From: Octopus bimaculoides
Taxonomy: Eukaryota
Direction of reading: 5' to 3'
Assembly: GCF_001194135.2 (NCBI RefSeq)
Contig: NC_068989.1
Coordinates: 36,341,655 to 36,375,708, forward strand
Length of the DNA stretch: 34,054 nucleotides
A program made the translations under genes and the position numbers. Each line of letters starts with the position of its first letter. The first letter of the stretch is position 1. Shown here one piece after another: positions 32,815-34,054 of the stretch. Under the pieces are notes generated by a model. The model had not been told where the DNA came from and searched no databases. It saw only the letters and a list, made by a program, of their open reading frames with translations.

Positions 32815-33400
32815 NNNNNNNNNNNNNNNNNNNNNNNNNNNNNNNNNNNNNNNNNNNNNNNNNNNNNNNNNNNNNNNNNNNNNNNNNNNNNNNNNNNNNN
32901 NNNNNNNNNNNNNNNNNNNNNNNNNNNNNNNNNNNNNNNNNNNNNNNNNNNNNNNNNNNNNNNNNNNNNNNNNNNNNNNNNNNNNNNNNNNNNNNNNNNN
33001 NNNNNNNNNNNNNNNNNNNNNNNNNNNNNNNNNNNNNNNNNNNNNNNNNNNNNNNNNNNNNNNNNNNNNNNNNNNNNNNNNNNNNNNNNNNNNNNNNNNN
33101 NNNNNNNNNNNNNNNNNNNNNNNNNNNNNNNNNNNNNNNNNNNNNNNNNNNNNNNNNNNNNNNNNNNNNNNNNNNNNNNNNNNNNNNNNNNNNNNNNNNN
33201 NNNNNNNNNNNNNNNNNNNNNNNNNNNNNNNNNNNNNNNNNNNNNNNNNNNNNNNNNNNNNNNNNNNNNNNNNNNNNNNNNNNNNNNNNNNNNNNNNNNN
33301 NNNNNNNNNNNNNNNNNNNNNNNNNNNNNNNNNNNNNNNNNNNNNNNNNNNNNNNNNNNNNNNNNNNNNNNNNNNNNNNNNNNNNNNNNNNNNNNNNNNN

Positions 33401-33435
<35 letters not shown>

Positions 33436-33457
33436 CGATAGATATATATATATATAT

Positions 33458-33524
<67 letters not shown>

Positions 33525-33821
33525 TAGTAATAAAGATGAAAACGAATGGATAACCTGGATATTACCACACGTGTGTCCGCAGCAAAAATTTATTTACGCA
33601 GTGCATCCCAAAACTTACTATATGCGAGGATATATAAGATTATGCAATAACGTCTTTCTGTAACATTTCCAGTTCTTCAAGCAATACTCCATTAATGTTT
33701 AATCAGGCGATATGTATGCCAAACGATATCATGGAAGCTTATCAAATTTTCAAATGAATGATAGTGAAATATGCTATATCATTCATTTCGAGGAAAGAAG
33801 GGTTTTGTATTAGGCCAATGA

Positions 33822-33849
<28 letters not shown>

Positions 33850-33854
<5 letters not shown>

Positions 33855-34025
33855 GAAACGCCAGTGTTGAATGGTGGAAGCTGATGAAGGAAATGTTCTC
33901 TATGTGGCCTGTGTTTTCTGTACTTGTTTATCATTTTGTCTACGTTTTGTTTGCAATGTCCTGTACCCAGATATGCATCTATATATACAGGTAGATGTAA
34001 GTATGTACATACATGTACGTATATA
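33850..34025 (+). repeat. Second copy of the dispersed repeat at 3597-3770
   Basis: CGAAACGCC...AGCTGATGAAGG...GTCCTGTACCCAGATATGCAT...GTAGATGTAAGTATGTACAT. Confidence 0.75.
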
Positions 34026-34054
34026 TGCATATACTCATTTATTATTTGTATTAT

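Larger units (their letters stand above)
505..33400. other. Fourteen assembly gaps (N-runs)
   Basis: 505-1156, 2837-3118, 4078-4087, 5955-6642, 6902-6911, 7893-8229, 9196-9820, 17174-17514, 20970-21476, 23486-23954, 24743-25624, 27429-27515, 31124-31912, 32815-33400. Confidence 0.98.

Overview
Eukaryotic, repeat-dominated, gappy draft-assembly window. There are 14 N-runs totalling about 6.3 kb, nearly all flanked by microsatellites. The SINE families, LINE types and extreme microsatellite density look like a coleoid cephalopod (Octopus) intron or intergenic region; this is inference from memory, not a database result. No intact host gene, rRNA, true tRNA gene or CRISPR array is supportable, and most ORFs in the track are microsatellite or N-gap artefacts. 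Supported content: (i) six divergent, 5'-truncated R4/Dong-like RLE non-LTR retrotransposon fragments, all on the + strand and mostly ending in (AAT)n arrays (8.4-15 kb), plus a separate RT-core fragment at 26.6-27.3 kb; (ii) a full-length 1.28-kb mariner with TIRs and a decayed D,D34D transposase nested in the last codons of one RLE copy; (iii) Tx1/L1-like and CR1/L2-like LINE fragments and a Tc1/mariner DD41D-like fragment; (iv) three tRNA-derived SINE families, one copy with a perfect 19-bp TSD; (v) two minimal type-I hammerhead-ribozyme-like motifs with palindromic stem III and a dispersed repeat carrying split hammerhead core words; (vi) a 62-bp-arm inverted repeat, a degenerate 29-bp minisatellite, and a few low-confidence minus-strand exon candidates.
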